32,000 nucleotides of DNA. Source: Arthrobacter phage Lakshmi. The DNA is taken from the sequence record OR159660.1; one strand, 5' to 3'. The notes beneath the pieces are model-generated. The model made no database searches, was not told the origin of the DNA, and saw nothing but the letters and a program-made list of their open reading frames with translations. Position numbers and translations under genes: made by a program. Shown here in pieces: positions 9,589 through 18,605 of the stretch (the first letter of the stretch is position 1; every line of letters begins with the position of its first letter).

Positions 9589-9894
9589 ATGCAAGACACA
9601 CCGCACGTTTCCCGCAAGACCGAGCAGTACTTGAACGAGGACGGCACGGTTAACCTCCAGTTGACTAACGTCGCCGTAGCGGAGAAGCTGGCTGTAAACC
9701 ATTCGACCATCAGTCGAATTCGCTCCGGCCAGCGCTACCCGTCCCGGGAGCTGATGCGCAAGATCGAGGGTGAATTCGATTGGAAAGTAGTCCACCAGCT
9801 TGACCTGCTGCCCGACAAGGGCCGGAACCTGCGCTACGCTCAGGAATTCGAAAAGAAGATCATCAAACGTGATGGACGCTCTACTCTTGGGTAG
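9589..9894 (+). CDS. HTH DNA-binding protein, early regulator candidate
   Basis: NVAVAEKLAVNHSTISRIRSGQRYPSRELMRKIEGEF is a helix-turn-helix (Cro/CI-like) pattern. ATG 9589 is downstream of the terminator. Confidence 0.65.
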   Translation: MQDTPHVSRKTEQYLNEDGTVNLQLTNVAVAEKLAVNHSTISRIRSGQRYPSRELMRKIEGEFDWKVVHQLDLLPDKGRNLRYAQEFEKKIIKRDGRSTLG

Positions 9895-10213
9895 TTTCAG
9901 CCACTATACCAAGCTAGCGCTTGAGCTGTCTCGGGAGGACTGCGGGCGCGTCGTGTCAATTGGCAATGGTATGTGGAATATTGTAGGCGTATTACACCGG
10001 GTTGACAACGAGGACATAATCGAGTCCCCGGGTTGGGACTTCACGAGCGGCTCCCGCTCGATCCGCTGCTGGGTCACCGTTGGACCGTTCCGGGGCGAGA
10101 TCGACCCCCGGTCCCAAGTTATTGTTGAGGTCCCCGAGCTGCCAGCGGGTGAGGCAGGGGACGTAATCAAGGGAGAGATCGTTGCGACCGCCACTACTCC
10201 AGCATCAGACTGA
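9872..10213 (+). CDS. Hypothetical protein
   Basis: Open frame overlapping the preceding gene; tightly packed co-directional position. Confidence 0.45.
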   Translation: MDALLLGSFSHYTKLALELSREDCGRVVSIGNGMWNIVGVLHRVDNEDIIESPGWDFTSGSRSIRCWVTVGPFRGEIDPRSQVIVEVPELPAGEAGDVIKGEIVATATTPASD

Positions 10214-11573
10214 GGGGATCGAATGGATAAGGACCGTAAAGCGCGGGCTGCTCGGGGACGAACCGGGCTTGGGAAAGTCACGTCAAGCTATCGAAGCCTT
10301 CGATGGTCCCGACCGAAGGAACGCGATCATAGCCCCGGCGATGGTGATCAACGGCGGGACGTGGCGGGACCAACTGAACCAGTGGTCGGACTACCCGGAG
10401 AACTGGGTGGTGATTCCGTATTCGAGCATGAACGTGCGGGAGAAAACCGCCAAGGGTGGTTTGAAACCCTCTTCAAAACTGGTCCCCGAGCTTACAGGGA
10501 AGTTCCATGGCCTCGTAGTGGACGAATGTCACTACACCAAGGGCCGGGGGACGTACTGGACGAAGAGCGTGGAGTTGGTGGCGAAGAACTCCGATCACGT
10601 TCTGGAAATGACCGGAACCCCGATCCCGAACTGGGCGCACGAGATGTTCACCCTGCTTCGGGTGCTGTACCCGGAGAAGGCCAAGAGGGGTGGTCCTTTG
10701 GGGAGCTACTGGCGCTGGGTGGAGGAGTGGTTCGAAGTGACTCTGAGCCAGCACCGGGAGCACGAGAGAGTGATCGGGCGACTTTTAGCGTGCCGGGCGG
10801 AGTGTTATTTGAACCCGCCCTCGACGCCATGCTCGCATTACAGCGACTTCATGAGCGCGAACCTTGGGAGACACTTCTTGAGACGCCTCCGCGACGACTG
10901 CTTGGACCTGCCTCCGGTCACTATTCAGGAGATCGAGGTGCCTATGAGTACCGATCAGAAGAAACACTATCGGGAGATGAAGAAACACTTCATGACCGAG
11001 GTGGACGACAAGGAGATCCTGAGCTGGTCAACTGGAGCGCGCCACGTGGCACTCGACAAGATCTCAGTATCTCCATGGTTGTTGAACCCAACTGGGGAAC
11101 CCCGAGGGGGGAAATTCGAGCAGCTGAGATTCGACCTCGCCGGGAGGGCAAGACCTACGCTAGTATTGGCTCACTACAGGGATGTTGTGGAGGGGTGTGT
11201 GGGTGTAGCCCAATCGTTGGGGGCTACCGTTGCTTCTGTTCACGGTGGAAATACGAAGACGGCCAATGGTCGTGCTGTCCAGGATTTCAAGGATGGACGG
11301 CTCGATGTGCTGGTAGGGTCACTGGAGATGGTGGCGGAGGGGCTGCAGCTTACGGTGGCGGATATGGCGATTTTTGTAGAAACGTCCTACAAGCCGTATC
11401 GGAACGAACAGGCGAGACAGCGGGTCCACCGGCTCGGACAGACTCGCCCGGTGACTATCAAGGACTATATAACTCCGGGTACCGTCGATGCCAAGAAGCG
11501 GGTGCTTCTGCAGGAAAAGACGACCGACCAGATCCGCTTCATGTCCGCTGGGGACTTCAAGAAATTGCTCTAA
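10182..11573 (+). CDS. SNF2-family DEAD-like helicase (TTG start)
   Basis: GLLGDEPGLGKSRQAIEA (motif I), GLVVDECHY (motif II), LEMTGTPIPN (motif III), QARQRVHRLGQTRPVT (motif VI). TTG 10182 is preceded by gggagag. Confidence 0.9.
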   Translation: MRPPLLQHQTEGIEWIRTVKRGLLGDEPGLGKSRQAIEAFDGPDRRNAIIAPAMVINGGTWRDQLNQWSDYPENWVVIPYSSMNVREKTAKGGLKPSSKLVPELTGKFHGLVVDECHYTKGRGTYWTKSVELVAKNSDHVLEMTGTPIPNWAHEMFTLLRVLYPEKAKRGGPLGSYWRWVEEWFEVTLSQHREHERVIGRLLACRAECYLNPPSTPCSHYSDFMSANLGRHFLRRLRDDCLDLPPVTIQEIEVPMSTDQKKHYREMKKHFMTEVDDKEILSWSTGARHVALDKISVSPWLLNPTGEPRGGKFEQLRFDLAGRARPTLVLAHYRDVVEGCVGVAQSLGATVASVHGGNTKTANGRAVQDFKDGRLDVLVGSLEMVAEGLQLTVADMAIFVETSYKPYRNEQARQRVHRLGQTRPVTIKDYITPGTVDAKKRVLLQEKTTDQIRFMSAGDFKKLL

Positions 11574-11601
11574 ACCCAACCATGACGTACATAGGCTGGC
11601 T

Positions 11602-11631
11602 TGACAGGCTGGCAAAGCGTATGGTTGACTA
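11602..11631 (+). promoter_or_regulatory. Promoter with overlapping inverted motif (TTGACA-N18-TTGACT)
   Basis: TTGACAGGCTGGCAA at 11602-11616 and a -10-like TTGACT at 11626; followed by a perfect 10-bp leader hairpin at 11641-11666. Confidence 0.45.
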
Positions 11632-11640
11632 GGTGTACAT

Positions 11641-11666
11641 GGTGAGGCCCTACCCGGGGCCTCACC
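11641..11666 (+). promoter_or_regulatory. 5' leader hairpin
   Basis: GGTGAGGCCC-TACCCG-GGGCCTCACC, perfect 10-bp stem, between promoter and the RBS taggagcc. Confidence 0.6.
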
Positions 11667-11688
11667 GGTCACCCAGTAGGAGCCACTC

Positions 11689-12099
11689 TTGCCGCACGTC
11701 ACAACTAGGAAACTTGAGCAGATACAGGATCTGCTCGACGAGAACCTGTCCCATACTGAGATCGCCAAGCGACTCCGAGTCTCCCGGACCACGATCCGGT
11801 ACTACTTCCCCGACCGGCCCGGGCTATCCAAGGCCGAGACCCTGGCCCTCGCCAACGCTGCCCGCAAGGCCAAGCGAGCGATCGTCCGGCCCGGGATCAC
11901 CGAGCAGTACGAGGAATGCCTCGTCTGCGGTGCCGACCGCCTAGAGCAACGTCGGCTGCAGAAGCTCGGCAAGGGCACTCCGTGCACATTCCGGAAGAGC
12001 CACAGCTACACGGTGTTCCATCCGGGGCTGGACCCGGACTGCCCGCGCTGCCAACAGATCGCCAAATCCCACACCCACCACACCTGCCAGAACAACTAG
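11689..12099 (+). CDS. HTH protein with C-terminal Cys-rich segment (TTG start)
   Basis: LSHTEIAKRLRVSRTTIRYYF helix-turn-helix; CLVCGAD…CTF…CPRCQQ zinc-like pairs; taggagcc RBS. Confidence 0.6.
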   Translation: MPHVTTRKLEQIQDLLDENLSHTEIAKRLRVSRTTIRYYFPDRPGLSKAETLALANAARKAKRAIVRPGITEQYEECLVCGADRLEQRRLQKLGKGTPCTFRKSHSYTVFHPGLDPDCPRCQQIAKSHTHHTCQNN

Positions 12100-12107
12100 G
12101 AGCCGCA

Positions 12108-12713
12108 ATGACCGCCACCGAGATCGACACCAAATCACCGACCCGCATGGGAGTCCTCGCCTGTGGACACTGCCTCGTGGGGCACCACGGCTGCTGCCCG
12201 GGCGGAGTCCGCAACGGCAACGGCCAAATCATCCTCTGCGCCTGTAAGTGGGACGGCTGTAGGGCAGGGCGACCCCGCTGCACCGACTGCAACAACCGTG
12301 AGGCCAACGAGATTGGGCCGAACTGGAAGTGCATCGACCGGCAGGACTGCGAGGCCGAGCAGGAGCGCAAGCTCGCGGCCAATCCGACCATCCAGTGGAT
12401 GCGGAATCTGGAGCGCCAGAAGCGGCCCGTTGCGATCTCGGAGGACGCGGGAGCGCTGGAAGGACCCCCGGCGCGTCAGAAGGTCTCCCGGGCCCCACGG
12501 AAGCCCGCCGAGCCTACGCCCTGTACCTGTGGGTGTGGCGATCTGACCAAGGGTGGCAAGTTCCTGCCGGGTCACGACAGTAAGTACCTTAACCAGCTTG
12601 TAGAGGCCGCAGAGCGCGGAGGCCGTCACGCCGACGAAGCCGCGATTCGGGCCGACGCAATCAGCGAAGCTTTCGGAGCCAAATTCCGCAAGCGAGCTGG
12701 CATCACCAAATAG
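12108..12713 (+). CDS. Cys-rich protein with C-terminal CxCGCG…PGHDxxY module
   Basis: CTCGCGDLTKGGKFLPGHDSKY plus additional Cys clusters in the N-terminal half; RBS aggagcc before ATG 12108. Confidence 0.6.
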   Translation: MTATEIDTKSPTRMGVLACGHCLVGHHGCCPGGVRNGNGQIILCACKWDGCRAGRPRCTDCNNREANEIGPNWKCIDRQDCEAEQERKLAANPTIQWMRNLERQKRPVAISEDAGALEGPPARQKVSRAPRKPAEPTPCTCGCGDLTKGGKFLPGHDSKYLNQLVEAAERGGRHADEAAIRADAISEAFGAKFRKRAGITK

Positions 12714-12726
12714 AAAAGGAAATATC

Positions 12727-13203
12727 ATGGAACGCCGATACCTCCAGCCCCGAATGTCCTCCAAGGATTACGTCCGCAAAGGAGGGGCCAAGTCCATCCG
12801 CTTCACTGCGGACTACTGGGCTGCGCTCCGGAAGCAGAGGCAAGAACAGGAGGCCAAGCTCCTGCGCCGACAGGTGGTCGCCCATTGTAGGTTCATGGAC
12901 AGGGACGGACAGCCCCCGCTGTATGTGTTCTTCGGCGGCGCTCAGGAGCTGCGGCACTGGTCCCAGGACTTCATGCTTGCCCTGCTGGCGGTCGGGGTAG
13001 GTTTCGAACCCCGCCAAGACACCGTAGCGGCCCGTCCCGAGCGGATACGCGGGCACCGTCGCCGTCTGGTGGCGGTATGGTCCTCGGACCCGACCCCGGT
13101 GGGCGAGCGTCAGCGACAGGCGGAGATCGACACCATGTACGCTATTGAGCATATGAACCAGATGAACGGATACGAGGTTTCACGTGAAACTGCCAATGCC
13201 TAA
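12727..13203 (+). CDS. Hypothetical protein
   Basis: 158 aa ORF with RBS aaagga upstream of ATG; co-directional packing. Confidence 0.55.
   Translation: MERRYLQPRMSSKDYVRKGGAKSIRFTADYWAALRKQRQEQEAKLLRRQVVAHCRFMDRDGQPPLYVFFGGAQELRHWSQDFMLALLAVGVGFEPRQDTVAARPERIRGHRRRLVAVWSSDPTPVGERQRQAEIDTMYAIEHMNQMNGYEVSRETANA
13176..13191. promoter_or_regulatory. parS-like site (14-bp core GTTTCACGTGAAAC)
   Basis: GGTTTCACGTGAAACT contains the perfect palindrome GTTTCACGTGAAAC, which matches the ParB binding core. Confidence 0.7.
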
Positions 13204-13741
13204 GGACGACGCCTACGGACGAATGATCCTCGCGGTGGACCCCGGGGACGAGCATGTTGGGGTGGCGTGGCTGGACCGGGAGCCGAAAGGCTGGGCGGTC
13301 GTATTCGTAACCGAAATGACCCCGGACGAGTTCCTCGACTACATCTTGCCCGCGCTGCAGTCGGGTCTGTTTAGGTACTTTGTACTGGAGTCGTTTAGCC
13401 TCTACGCGGACAAGCTCAAGGAGCAGATCGGCTCGGAGATGCTGACCTCGCAGATGATCGGAGCGGCCAAGTTCGCGGTGAAGATCGCGAACGAGTCGAG
13501 CCATTACAACCCGAACATGCAATACGAAGTCCAGCTCATAATGCAGCAGCCAGCAGTGAAGGCCCCGGCGTTCGCAATCCTGGCCCGCAAGAAGTACACC
13601 TTCACGGCCAAGCGCCTTGGTGTCACTGGCCAGCACGTCAGGGACGCGGAGGTCCACGGGATCAAGTTCGTGATGGATACCCTCGGGGAGAAGATGATAC
13701 GCAACCCGGAGCTTTGGGACGTGGCCCCACTTGACAGCTAG
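13184..13741 (+). CDS. RuvC-like RNase H-fold nuclease / Holliday junction resolvase
   Basis: MILAVDPGDEHVGVAWLD (first acidic motif), FVLESFSLY (second), GQHVRDAEVHGIKFV (third). GTG 13184 or ATG 13196 start. Confidence 0.7.
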   Translation: MKLPMPKDDAYGRMILAVDPGDEHVGVAWLDREPKGWAVVFVTEMTPDEFLDYILPALQSGLFRYFVLESFSLYADKLKEQIGSEMLTSQMIGAAKFAVKIANESSHYNPNMQYEVQLIMQQPAVKAPAFAILARKKYTFTAKRLGVTGQHVRDAEVHGIKFVMDTLGEKMIRNPELWDVAPLDS

Positions 13742-13760
13742 TCAAGGGGTATGGTTTACT
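13731..13760 (+). promoter_or_regulatory. Promoter with overlapping inverted motif (TTGACA-N18-TTTACT)
   Basis: TTGACAGCTAGTCAA perfect TTGAC-N5-GTCAA overlapping -35. Confidence 0.55.
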
Positions 13761-13792
13761 GGTGTTTTAGCCACCCCGAATTAGGAGCCGAA

Positions 13793-14008
13793 ATGACGAA
13801 GATCGCAGACCTCACCAAGGGCCAGACCCTCCTGAACCTCCACGGTAACGAATATACCATCCTGAGCAAGAAGTTCCAGAGCGCCGGAACCGTCAACCGC
13901 GACGGCGAGCCGAACTACGTGGGGATGGTCCGTCCGGAGTTCGGTCGAGGGTTCGATCTTTTCATCTCGCAGACCTGCCTCGACGAGGGCCTCTACCGCC
14001 TCAAGTAA
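13793..14008 (+). CDS. Small hypothetical protein
   Basis: 71 aa ORF; RBS taggagccgaa-ATG downstream of the promoter. Confidence 0.6.
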   Translation: MTKIADLTKGQTLLNLHGNEYTILSKKFQSAGTVNRDGEPNYVGMVRPEFGRGFDLFISQTCLDEGLYRLK

Positions 14009-14017
14009 CCAACCCCC

Positions 14018-14040
14018 GGGAGGGGCTATTCGCCCCTCCC
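14018..14040. repeat. Intergenic hairpin
   Basis: GGGAGGGGC-TATTC-GCCCCTCCC, perfect 9-bp stem, no U-tract. Confidence 0.5.
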
Positions 14041-14067
14041 AACCCCCAAACATTCTAAGGAGCCAAA

Positions 14068-14418
14068 ATGTTCAAGGTAATCGGCGAAAACTCACTCACC
14101 GGCAACAAGTGGGACTGCGAGGTGGACATCGCCACCCGAGAAGAGGCCAACCGCATCCGCAAGGGCTACAAGAGCCTGGAGTCCGACTACAAGATCACGT
14201 ACTACGTGGTCGAGGAAGTCCAGACCAAGACCCGCCACTCAATCCCGGCGCACGAGGTCAAGATCGGCGACGAGCTGCTGACTGACGCGGGCTGGGTAAT
14301 CGTCGGAGGTACCATTACTACAGAGGGCATGGGCACCAGCGATATCGGGCTGCTCACTCCTAAGGGTATGATCACCTGCGCACCCAATGCAACCGTCAAC
14401 GTCCGGAGGGCCGACTAA
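14068..14418 (+). CDS. Hypothetical protein
   Basis: 116 aa ORF, RBS aaggagcc before ATG. Confidence 0.6.
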   Translation: MFKVIGENSLTGNKWDCEVDIATREEANRIRKGYKSLESDYKITYYVVEEVQTKTRHSIPAHEVKIGDELLTDAGWVIVGGTITTEGMGTSDIGLLTPKGMITCAPNATVNVRRAD

Positions 14419-14769
14419 ATGCCGAAAATCCAGAAGCGACCACCCATCACGGAGCGGAGCGAGGCCCGGGAGGAGATCTCCTCCCTAATGCGCCTGAACT
14501 GGTTGGAGGACGCGTCCAATAACGCGGTCCACTTCGCGGGAGGTTACCGGGACGAGCCATTCAAGGCGCAAGCCACGCTAGAACTCCGGGACGCGCACCG
14601 GCTGATGCTGGAACTGATGCACGACCCCGAGACCAAGGGTGGCCGGGACCTCGGGGCCAAGTACGTCGCCCAGCGGGCAGAACAGCTCCGCAAGACCCAA
14701 GCCCAACTACCGGAACCCAGCCCCCGTGGTTGGGTTCCTACCAACGCCGAATCCGAACCACCATTCTAG
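14419..14769 (+). CDS. Hypothetical protein
   Basis: 116 aa ORF starting directly after the preceding stop. Confidence 0.55.
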   Translation: MPKIQKRPPITERSEAREEISSLMRLNWLEDASNNAVHFAGGYRDEPFKAQATLELRDAHRLMLELMHDPETKGGRDLGAKYVAQRAEQLRKTQAQLPEPSPRGWVPTNAESEPPF

Positions 14770-14778
14770 GAGAATGAA

Positions 14779-15120
14779 ATGACAACCACAGTTGACGTAA
14801 TGTTCCAAGGGAACTACAAGGAATACGCCTTCAAAACCCTCGTACCGGGGTTGGTGGAGGGTGACGCGGTGCTAGTAAAGACCCGCAACGGAATCAGCAT
14901 TGCGACCGTAACGAGCAGTCCGTCCCGCACCCCCCGGAATGCCACGGCTTGGGCCTTCCAGAAGGTGGACGCGGAAGCGCTTGAACGCGCTGAACGCAGG
15001 GAGCGAGCGCTAGCTGAACTCAAGACCAAAGTGGAGGAGCAGCAGGTTATGCAACTCGCCTACCTGTTAGCTGAGAAGGACCCGTCAATCTTGGCACTCG
15101 TTAAGGAGCTGGAAGCATGA
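14779..15120 (+). CDS. Hypothetical protein
   Basis: 113 aa ORF, tight spacing, ATGA overlap with the next gene. Confidence 0.55.
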   Translation: MTTTVDVMFQGNYKEYAFKTLVPGLVEGDAVLVKTRNGISIATVTSSPSRTPRNATAWAFQKVDAEALERAERRERALAELKTKVEEQQVMQLAYLLAEKDPSILALVKELEA

Positions 15121-15353
15121 GCACACACTACACCGCGAGGGTAGATATCGTGAAAGTCACCAAGACCAACATCAACAGTCGCGACCCCCAAGGCCAGCGC
15201 GACAAGGAAGAGATCATGAACGTCACCGTCCGGGACGAATCGCTCCCCGGCCTGATCCGCAAGGTCACCGCAATCATGGAGGTCAACGTCCCGACCCCCG
15301 CCCAAGAGTTCGTAGCCAACCTCACCAAATCAGTCAAGGAGGAACAGAAATGA
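15117..15353 (+). CDS. Hypothetical protein
   Basis: 78 aa ORF with overlapping start and stop to its neighbours. Confidence 0.55.
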   Translation: MSTHYTARVDIVKVTKTNINSRDPQGQRDKEEIMNVTVRDESLPGLIRKVTAIMEVNVPTPAQEFVANLTKSVKEEQK

Positions 15354-15781
15354 ATAAGAAGCTCTGGGCCGCAATCGGGGCCTCCTGCCTCGTAGCGGGC
15401 GCAATCGGTGCCGCCGCAGGCACCACTCCCCCGGCCCCCGTGGTGGCTCCCGTGGCCTCTCAGACCCCGAAGGCCACTAGGACCCCTGCGCCCGCTCCGA
15501 GTCCCTCCGTGGCCCGCGTAGCCCCCACGCCGACCAAGGCCGCAAACGAGTACGTCCAGTACGTCCGGGACAACACGACCACCCTGGCCTCCATGACCGA
15601 CGGAGAGATCATCCTGCTCGCCAAGGACGCATGCAAGCGACTGGAGGCCGGGAGCAGCTACCCGGTGGTCTTGTCCATTGCGGCTGCAGGGTCCGATAAC
15701 CCCCAGTTCGTGACCTACGACCTGCCGATCCTGATCGGTGCTGGCGTGGTCCGCTACTGCGACGAATACAGGATCGGCTGA
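15350..15781 (+). CDS. Secreted or membrane-anchored protein, Ala/Pro-rich linker
   Basis: N-terminal hydrophobic segment LWAAIGASCLVAGAIGAAAG followed by a Pro/Ala/Thr-rich region. Confidence 0.6.
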   Translation: MNKKLWAAIGASCLVAGAIGAAAGTTPPAPVVAPVASQTPKATRTPAPAPSPSVARVAPTPTKAANEYVQYVRDNTTTLASMTDGEIILLAKDACKRLEAGSSYPVVLSIAAAGSDNPQFVTYDLPILIGAGVVRYCDEYRIG

Positions 15782-16056
15782 TGGACCTCCCAGACTCAAT
15801 CCTGTTAGCCTTTGCGCTGATCTTCTTCTTTGCGGCTTTGTTCCTTTGGGGTAGGTGGCGTGAAGAAGTCACCGAGCGGGAACGCGCCGAAGCCCTCGTG
15901 GGCGCGGAGGAGCAAGCACTACGGCGGCTTTATCGCCGGTTTTTGGTAGCCCGGGAGATTGCCTTCGCCGATTACAACCAGCGAGCGATCTGGAGCCAAG
16001 AGTTCACCTTCCCAACATTTGCAGAATGGATAGAAGACCGTGGCGAAGATAACTAA
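15781..16056 (+). CDS. Small membrane protein
   Basis: ILLAFALIFFFAALFLWGRW transmembrane helix followed by a charged C-terminus. Confidence 0.55.
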   Translation: MDLPDSILLAFALIFFFAALFLWGRWREEVTERERAEALVGAEEQALRRLYRRFLVAREIAFADYNQRAIWSQEFTFPTFAEWIEDRGEDN

Positions 16057-16222
16057 AGAGCGTGCTATACTGACCGTTCTGGACCACGTAGACCCGGAGG
16101 ACATCGGGTGGATCGCCGGAGCCTTGTTGGGTCAAGCCATGGCCCACAAGCTGTTGGGTAAGTACGACCAGAAATCAATCAAGGAGTGGAAAGCCACAGA
16201 TGCCCGCAATACAAATAGTTAG
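16040..16222 (+). CDS. Small hypothetical protein
   Basis: 60 aa ORF overlapping both neighbours. Confidence 0.45.
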   Translation: MAKITKERAILTVLDHVDPEDIGWIAGALLGQAMAHKLLGKYDQKSIKEWKATDARNTNS

Positions 16223-17147
16223 CTACTCGGAGCTGGACTCGTTCCGGCAGTGCCCACTGAAACACCTGCTGTCCTACAAGCAGCGGTGGACCAAGGAGAA
16301 AGCCGAGGACTCCGCGCTCGGCAAGGGTACGCTCTGGCACAAAGTCATGGAGGACCACCACCTCGTACTCCAGAAACACCAAAAGGAGATGAATTACCGG
16401 ACCCCGACCCCACAGAAGGCCCGGGAGATCCTCGGGGAGGCACGGGACGCGGTACGGAAGCACTTGGAGGAGCCGGGGGGCTTCCAGTCCCCAACCCAGG
16501 AACTGATCGAATGGGTTTACGCCGGTTACGTTGAGTTCCACGGGGTGGACGACGAGTGGATGATCCTCGGGGTGGAGCTGCCCGCGCAGGTCCCGCTGCC
16601 TTGGCCGGACGGACGACCCAGCCACTACCACCTGAAACTCAAGATCGACCGCCTTATCAAGTCCAAACGTGACGGCCAGCTATGGATCGAGGACCACAAG
16701 TCCGGGGCGAACAAACCCAGCATGTTTGAGCTGCAGCTCGACGACCAATTCGGCCTCTACACTTGGGCTATCAAGACACTGGGCCACGAAGTGATGGGGT
16801 CGATCCACTCCTACAGCCGGACCACCCAGAACACCGGGGACCGCCCGGAGGAGACTTGGCCCAAGGGTAAGAAGTACAAGCCCCAGACGCTGGAGGACCG
16901 GAACGAGCGGTACTACCTGAACCGGTCCGACCGCGAGATTAAGGCGCTGGCCGACGACGCATTCGCCGCCGCCCGCAACGCCTACCCGCCCAAGTCTCTG
17001 CAGCTTCCACTTTACTCGGCACCGGACGTGCGGCAGTGCGGCTGGAAGTGCGACTACAAAGAGGCTCACCTCATGTTGCGTGAGGGCCTGTCCATTGACC
17101 ATGTGATGAAGGCCGAGGGCTTCCATCAGGACTTTACGAGGCACTAA
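16200..17147 (+). CDS. PD-(D/E)XK nuclease, RecB/Cas4-like
   Basis: SYSELDSFRQCPLKHLLSYKQRW…LGKGTLWHKVMEDHH…LKIDRLIK…LWIEDHKSG. Confidence 0.85.
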   Translation: MPAIQIVSYSELDSFRQCPLKHLLSYKQRWTKEKAEDSALGKGTLWHKVMEDHHLVLQKHQKEMNYRTPTPQKAREILGEARDAVRKHLEEPGGFQSPTQELIEWVYAGYVEFHGVDDEWMILGVELPAQVPLPWPDGRPSHYHLKLKIDRLIKSKRDGQLWIEDHKSGANKPSMFELQLDDQFGLYTWAIKTLGHEVMGSIHSYSRTTQNTGDRPEETWPKGKKYKPQTLEDRNERYYLNRSDREIKALADDAFAAARNAYPPKSLQLPLYSAPDVRQCGWKCDYKEAHLMLREGLSIDHVMKAEGFHQDFTRH

Positions 17148-17381
17148 ATGACCTCTATCCCAGAACCTGAACACGGCGACCAGTATCAGCGGTTCCTGTC
17201 CGACCTGCTCGGGGGCCAGAAACCTGCACCTGAGCAGATCGTACCCTCGGAGCCGAGCGCCGATATCAAGGCGCAAACCAAGCACACCGGGGACGTGATG
17301 AAAGAGCTGATGCGCAACGGTCTAACCCGCGAGGAAGCATTCTACATCGTGGCCCGAATGTGGCCGCATCACTGCGGTTAG
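17148..17381 (+). CDS. Small hypothetical protein
   Basis: 77 aa ORF immediately after the nuclease stop. Confidence 0.5.
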   Translation: MTSIPEPEHGDQYQRFLSDLLGGQKPAPEQIVPSEPSADIKAQTKHTGDVMKELMRNGLTREEAFYIVARMWPHHCG

Positions 17382-17388
17382 ACCCGGC

Positions 17389-17418
17389 TTGACACCTAGC
17401 CAAGCCTAGTGATTAGAT
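17389..17418 (+). promoter_or_regulatory. Promoter with overlapping inverted motif (TTGACA-N18-TTAGAT)
   Basis: TTGACACCTAGCCAA overlapping -35. Confidence 0.45.
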
Positions 17419-17481
17419 AGTGAAGCACCACCCGACCAGACGGGAGCCGATCTGGAATGATTAAACACGAAAGAGGACGTT

Positions 17482-18534
17482 TTGCCACGCCAAACACCGA
17501 AAGCCAAGAACGCTGCGATCGCAGAAGCGATCCAAGCCACGGCACTTCCCATTGACGAAGCCACAGCCCCGACCGGGGATGATCAGCTCGACGATCTGTT
17601 CGCTCCAGTGGACGACATCACCGACCACTACAACTTCTGCTTCTATGGTCTGGAAGGCTCCGGCAAGACCACGGCCATTGCGACTGCTGCGAACATCGCT
17701 CCGGAGGGAAGCCGGGTCCTGATCATCAACGCCGAGGGTGGCGTGAAGAAGAAGGCACTCGAACGCCGAGGGATCGACACCTCCAAGATCGTCCTGTGGC
17801 CCAACCCGAATAAGGGCGAGAAGGTCACCCGCAAGGGCATCGAGCGGCTCTACCAGCGCCTCGACGCAGACCTCGCCAAGGACCCGAACTCGTGGTTTGC
17901 GATCGGCTGGGACTCCATTACAGAGGTCCACGCCAAGGTCGTCTCCGATGTGGCGAATGCCCGCATCCAGAGGGCCAGGGATCGGGACGTGATCATCACC
18001 GAGGTGGACGAGTTCTTCACCGACCGCGACGACTACGGCGTGATGTCGAAGATGGTCAATGACCTTCTGCGCAAGTTCCGCGACCTGCCCACCCACTTCA
18101 TCGTGACGGCACTGGAGCGCCGAGACGTGGACGAGAAGACCTCCAAGGTCAGCTACGGTCCGGCAATCACACCGGCCCTGCAGACCTCGGTCCTCGGTTA
18201 CACGGACGTCAACCTGTACTTCAAGGCGGAGGACGAGGACGGCCCGTTCCGTGCACTGGTCAAGGGCGTGGGCACCTACCGCACCAAGGACCGGATGGGT
18301 GGACTGCCCAAGGTAATCGCCGAACCCTCGATGGAGCGCGTCTTGGGCTACATCGACGGCGATATCGAAGAGGGGTCGGACGACCTCCAAAAGACTCTCC
18401 CGGCAATCAGGGTAGCGAAGCCCAAGCCGTCCGGGAAGATCCGCAAGACAGCGGCGGAGAAAAAAGCCGAAGCCGAGGCCAAGACCGAAGAGGTGGCCGA
18501 AGCCGAGGAAGCTGACACCAACGACGACGACTAG
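17482..18534 (+). CDS. Sak4/RecA-like AAA ATPase, single-strand annealing/recombination type
   Basis: FCFYGLEGSGKTTAIATAA (Walker A) and NSWFAIGWDSITEVH (Walker B-like); located next to a putative ssDNA-binding gene. TTG start with gaggacg upstream. Confidence 0.75.
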   Translation: MPRQTPKAKNAAIAEAIQATALPIDEATAPTGDDQLDDLFAPVDDITDHYNFCFYGLEGSGKTTAIATAANIAPEGSRVLIINAEGGVKKKALERRGIDTSKIVLWPNPNKGEKVTRKGIERLYQRLDADLAKDPNSWFAIGWDSITEVHAKVVSDVANARIQRARDRDVIITEVDEFFTDRDDYGVMSKMVNDLLRKFRDLPTHFIVTALERRDVDEKTSKVSYGPAITPALQTSVLGYTDVNLYFKAEDEDGPFRALVKGVGTYRTKDRMGGLPKVIAEPSMERVLGYIDGDIEEGSDDLQKTLPAIRVAKPKPSGKIRKTAAEKKAEAEAKTEEVAEAEEADTNDDD

Positions 18535-18605
18535 CCAGCTCGCGTCATGTAGTACCCGGAGACACAACGCTCCGGTAAATCCAAACCAGATAGGAAACAC
18601 CAGAA

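Noticed and set aside
11041-11060. CACGTG palindromes elsewhere (e.g. GCCACGTGGC near 11045, and near 6910, 9184, 24682 and 25163) as additional parS sites
   Set aside because: They lack the GTTTC/GAAAC flanks required for ParB recognition.
10223-11632. 469 aa plus-strand ORF overlapping the helicase
   Set aside because: Lies in another frame over the SNF2-like helicase, which has clear motifs. The alternative protein is low-complexity Arg/Gly-rich, as expected from shadow ORFs in high-GC DNA.
11592-11642. Micro-ORF MTYIGWLDRLAKRMVD overlapping the promoter at 11602
   Set aside because: No supporting RBS and it spans a likely promoter; more plausibly chance.
17461-18600. 379 aa minus-strand ORF opposite the Sak4-like gene
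   Set aside because: The plus strand encodes a protein with a Walker A motif; the antisense frame is open because of GC codon bias.
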